NCBI GenBank assembly: GCA_043228905.1
Contig: JBHGNT010000016.1
Coordinates: 14,508,001 to 14,572,000, forward strand
DNA from: Azolla caroliniana
Lineage: Eukaryota; Plantae; Polypodiophyta
DNA: 64,000 nucleotides
Direction of reading: 5' to 3'
Within the stretch, counting starts at the first letter, position 1. Each line of letters opens with the position of its first letter. Below are positions 59,461 through 64,000 of this stretch, piece after piece. The translations under genes were made by a program, and so were the position numbers. A model generated the notes under the pieces. It ran no database searches, had not been told where the DNA came from, and saw only the letters and a list, made by a program, of their open reading frames with translations.

Positions 59461-62400
59461 TGTAAAGAATCGGATAGATTCTGTGTAGTGGAAGAATTTT
59501 GTGTGTGTGTGTGTGTGTAGCGAGAGAGAGCTCACTATTATAGAAAAATCAGAAAATTGTATTACAAAGGAAGCAAGAATTACCAATAATTACAAAGTGA
59601 GGGAGAAGGTGCTTATGTAGTCACCTCCTCTCTAAGTTCTCTCACTAGTACCACCTCTTGGAAAAGAGGTTGTGTCTTAATTACTTAAAGAATATGTGTC
59701 ATAGGACATTAACTTCTATTACACACTAGTTACTATAAAAGGACGTGGGGTATTCACACACTTGAGTGTCCTAGAGTATGTCCCCACTCATGGGAATTTG
59801 AGTTTGATTCTCAACACGCCCCTTCAAATACAACTTTCGATCGCCGGATCGTCGAATGGGTAGTTTGAATGGATGGTATACTCCTAGTGCTCCATACTCC
59901 CCCTCAAGCTCGGTTGGATGATGGTCGAAAGACCCAAATCGATTGTGAATTGCCGCAACTTGTTGATTCCCAGGGCCTTGGTGAAGATGTCAGCCGTCTG
60001 CAAGTTTGTGCCAATGTGTTGCAGGTCGACATCCCGGGCCAGAACACACTCTCGGATGAAGTGATAGCGCACCTCGATGTGCTTAGTCCGAGCATGGAAG
60101 ACTGGGTTCCGAGCGAGGTGGATACTGCTCATGTTGTCGCAGTAGAGAAGAATTGGATCCTTGATAGGAACGCCAAGATCCTTCAAGATTCTCTTGAGCC
60201 AAACGACTTCACATGCGGCTACGATCGCGCCCCTGTATTCAGCTTCGGTGCTCGACAGTGCGACTGTTGGCTGTTTCTTACTACTCCACGATATGGTGCC
60301 ATTGCCGAGAGAAAAAACAAATCTAGATGTCGATCGTCGGTCGGCTCTGTAGCCAACCCAATCGGCATCGGTATAACCTTCGTGTCGTATCGGTGTGGCC
60401 GATTTGTAAAGGATGCCAAAATCCATGGTTCCACTCACATACCTTAGCACTCGCTTAGCATAGTCGAGATGAATGTCTCGTGGAGTTTGCATGTACTGGC
60501 TAAGGAGGCCGACTAGGTAACTGAGGTCAAGTCGGGTAAATGTGAGGTAGATGAGGCTTCCAATTAGTTGACGATAGTGCGTTGGCTCACACTCTCTAGT
60601 GCATGAGTCGGCATCTAGCTTTAGATTTCGATCGAGAGGAGTAGTGACGGGCTTACACTGGGTCATCCCAAACTTGTAAAGAAGATTGAGGATATAGTGG
60701 TTTTGAGAAAGCATGATGCCATCTAGGGTCTGAATTAGATCTACTCCTACAAAGTAATGGAGCTCTTTCATATCGATCGTTTCAAATCGACTGGAGAGGA
60801 GCTTCTTGATGTGCTCAATATCTACTAAATGCTCTCCTCCTATGACCAAGACATCCACAAAAATGATGATAAATACCTATCCCCTGCAATCGTTTCGGAT
60901 GAACAAAGAGTTGTCAAACTTGGACATGTTGAAGTCAATTTGATAAAGATATTGCGTTATCTTCGAATGACATGCTCTCGGTGCCTGCTTCAAGCCGTAG
61001 AGAGGCCTTTTGAGTCGGTAGACAACAGTCAGATGTGTAGTCGACATGAATCTAGGTGGTTGCACCATGTACACCTCTTCAACTAACTCGCCTTGTAGAA
61101 AGACGTTCTTTACGTCCATTTGGTGGAGGTGCAACCCTTTTGTTGCTGCAAGCGCGATCACTATTCGAATTGTAGTCATCTTTGCCACCGGGGCAAAGGT
61201 CTCTTCGTAATCAACATCCTGCGTCTGCGCATACCCCTTTGCCACAAGCCGGGCTTTGTACCAATGGACAGTGTCATGGGCGTTGTGCTTTACCTTGAAG
61301 ATCCACCGACATCCAATTTCCTTTTGGTGGTTTGAAGAAGGGATGAGACCCCATGTCTCGTTCTTGGAGAGGGTTTGCATCTCCTCATGCATCGCTTTGA
61401 CCCATCTAGGGTCCTTCATGGCTTCAGAATAGTTTTCCGGTTCTCGGACTCTCGACACCTTCATCATGAATGCATAATGATATGCCATGCAGTTGTTGTA
61501 GCCGAATCGGTTGACTACGTTCTTTTCTCGGGTGGATTGACGTGGTTCTTCTGGTGACCTTATGATGGGCACATCCAACCAAACTCATTGTCGGATAAGT
61601 GAGTCGATTCATTTCCAACTGGGTCTTCATACTCATGCATTTTGGCCTTTCCTTTGTCCTGTTTCGAACTTGGCCGACATGCTTTGGTCACCTTGAGACT
61701 CTTGTGGTCCACTCAACTTGGTTGAGATTGGACTTTCCTCTGATGTGAACCTCGGTCGAGCATCCTCCTCCGCATCTGTGTTGAACTCGGTTTCGATTGT
61801 GTTGGATGGGGTTGATTCGATTGTATACCAGGATGTTGACTCGTCGAATACTACATCCCTACTCACTCGTACCTTCTTGGTGGAAGGGTTGAAGCATTTA
61901 TACCCTTTTTGCTTGAGTGAGTACCCTATGAGTATACATTTCTCTGACTTCAGATCGAGCTTTTGCCGTAGGTCGTCAGGAATATGTACATATGCAATTG
62001 AACCGAATATCTTGACATGAGATAGATCCGGTTTTTTCCCATAGAACTTTTCACAGGGGGTAACTTCGTGCACTCCTGATGTTGTGCAACAATTCCTCAT
62101 ATAAACGGCCATATTCGCCGCTTTGGCCCAATATGACTTTGGCAGATGTTTCTTATTCATCATTGCCCTTGCCAACTCAAGTATGTGCCGATTCTTGCGT
62201 TTGGCTACTCCGTTCTGCTGAGGTGTGTGTCGGTAGGTTATCTCCCGCCGAATTCCTTCTTGTCGAAGGTATGTTGTAAAGGTGTCGGAGAAGGACTCCT
62301 TGCCGCCATCCGATCGAAGACATCGGTCATGCCGACCAGTTGCCTTTTCAACTTCATTTTTGAACCTTTGGAAATGTCCGAACACTTCACTCTTCTGCTG

Positions 62401-64000
62401 CATAGGGTAGATCGAGGTATGTCTTGAGAAGTCGTCGATGAACGTTACGTAGTACCGGCAACCACTGAATGTTGCCATCTAGGCTGGTCCCCATACGTCT
62501 GAATGTATTACATCTAGGATCCCTTTGCTTGTGTTCCTCTCCTTTGGGAACGATTGTCGCTGTTGTTTGCTGAATTGAGAAGCTTCACATACGCTTGCAA
62601 TTTCCTTTTCGGTGAAAGTCGGGAATCCGGTGACAACTCCTTTCGATTACATTCCCTTAAGCTTTTGGAGATTGATGTGGCCTATCCTCTTGTGCCACAA
62701 CTCTATGTTGGCATCGGCTCTCTAGCCCTTGGCAGACATTGCCGAGTTCATCCCGTGAGAGTCGAGGATGAACATCAGACCTTCTCTCCGGCCGCGAGTG
62801 ATAAATCGACCTTCTTTTTCAATGAAGCAACCTACATTGTTGAAGCAAACTTGCATGCCTTGGTCGACTATCTAGCTATCTGAGACCAAGTTCTTTGTTA
62901 TTGTAGGAACATGTAGAACGTTCTTGATGTATGTTTGATTGCCTTCTTCCCCAAATGGGACATTGTTGATATGCTGAATGGGGTGAATTGTGTCATTTCC
63001 AGTTTCCACATAGCCAAGTCGTTTGGTCTTTCGTAGCTCCTTGAACCAATCCTCGTGGGATTTCATGTGGTTCGATGCGCCTAAGTCGACAAACCGTACA
63101 TCTTCTGGTTTGCAGGTGTTGGTTAACTTTGAGGCTGTCATCAAGTGCGCTCTGTGCCTCATCACAAACATTTCACCACAATTGTCGTAGTCAGAGTTGG
63201 AGGCGTAGTTTGTGAGTTGTCGACTTGTGGAGGCTGACTCACTCTTCTTTTTCCGACACTCTGTCTCATAGTGGCCGAATTTACCACAGTATCCACACTA
63301 AGAGAGATTGTTTTGTCGGTTGGGTCCGACCTGATTACTCCCCCTTCTTCCGGATGCTCCGCCTCGTGCGTTCGAGACGTATTGTCGGTAATAGAAGTTG
63401 TGTTCTCGGGGTTGCTCTTGGTTGTGTTGGCCTTGGCCAAATCGGCCTCTTCTTCCTCAACCTTGTCCTCTTCCTCCATCGAAGTTCGAATAGATTATTT
63501 GTCCTTCTTGGACATTGTTTTTTGTTCGAAAATGATTCTCCTCAAGCCACAACATCGATTGGAGACCAAAGAAGGAGGGAGGATTCTCCCTCGCGAGGAC
63601 AGCCGACCGGATGGCCTTGAACCGAGGTTCTAAGCCTCCGAGGCAAATCTGCACCATTTCATCATCGTCAATGCTACATTGATCGACCCAAGGGCATTGC
63701 ACAACTCCTTGATCTTCAAGGTGTAGTTGTCGATTGACATGTCCCTCTATTGTATACCGTTCAACTCTTGACAAAGTTGAAGCTTTCTTGCGGTCGTGTT
63801 GGCCGCGAAAATCTTCTTGAGGTTCCCCCACGCCTCCTTCGGCGTTTTGGCCTCTCGAAGGTGGTCGAGCATGTGATCATGGACGCATGATGCAAGGCAG
63901 TACAACACATGAATCGACACTTGCTCCCAAGCTGGGTAGTCGGCATGTGTTGGGTTGGGTTGATTCTCGTTTGCCCCTTCGACATAACTCCAATAGCCTT
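59461..64000 (-). mobile_element. Decayed family-D-like copia element K (3' LTR 59461-59816); runs off the window end
   Basis: TCAACA|CGCCCCTTC PPT junction; RH/RT ORFs 59884-61578, IN 61633-62478, PR and gag fragments to 64000. Confidence 0.88.

Overview
Eukaryotic (land-plant) intergenic DNA, probably from a seed-free plant such as a fern; the taxon is inferred from the element lineages only. Most of the window is a deeply nested LTR-retrotransposon stack. Ty1/copia: one intact, very young element (A, 137-5630), two relatives (B, C), a second family in several broken copies (D1, D2, D3, H, K) and a Tnt1/Tork-like copy (G). Ty3/gypsy: tRNA-Trp-primed elements with 4-bp TSDs (E, F), an Athila-like element with a long extra 3' ORF (I) and Tf1/Tcn1-like fragments (J, L). 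The only host gene is an intronless GH81 endo-beta-1,3-glucanase (56864-59011, minus). Most notable signals: (1) tRNA-derived Pol III A-box/B-box cassettes built into the LTRs of three gypsy families, bracketing the promoter divergently in family E; (2) a -1 frameshift signal (G GAU UUU plus H-type pseudoknot) placed after the protease in element F; (3) CpG-centred 4-bp target sites for E/F; (4) a Tf1-type self-priming signature; (5) a gypsy U3 remnant about 50 bp upstream of the GH81 ATG. All calls were made by eye; no searches were run.
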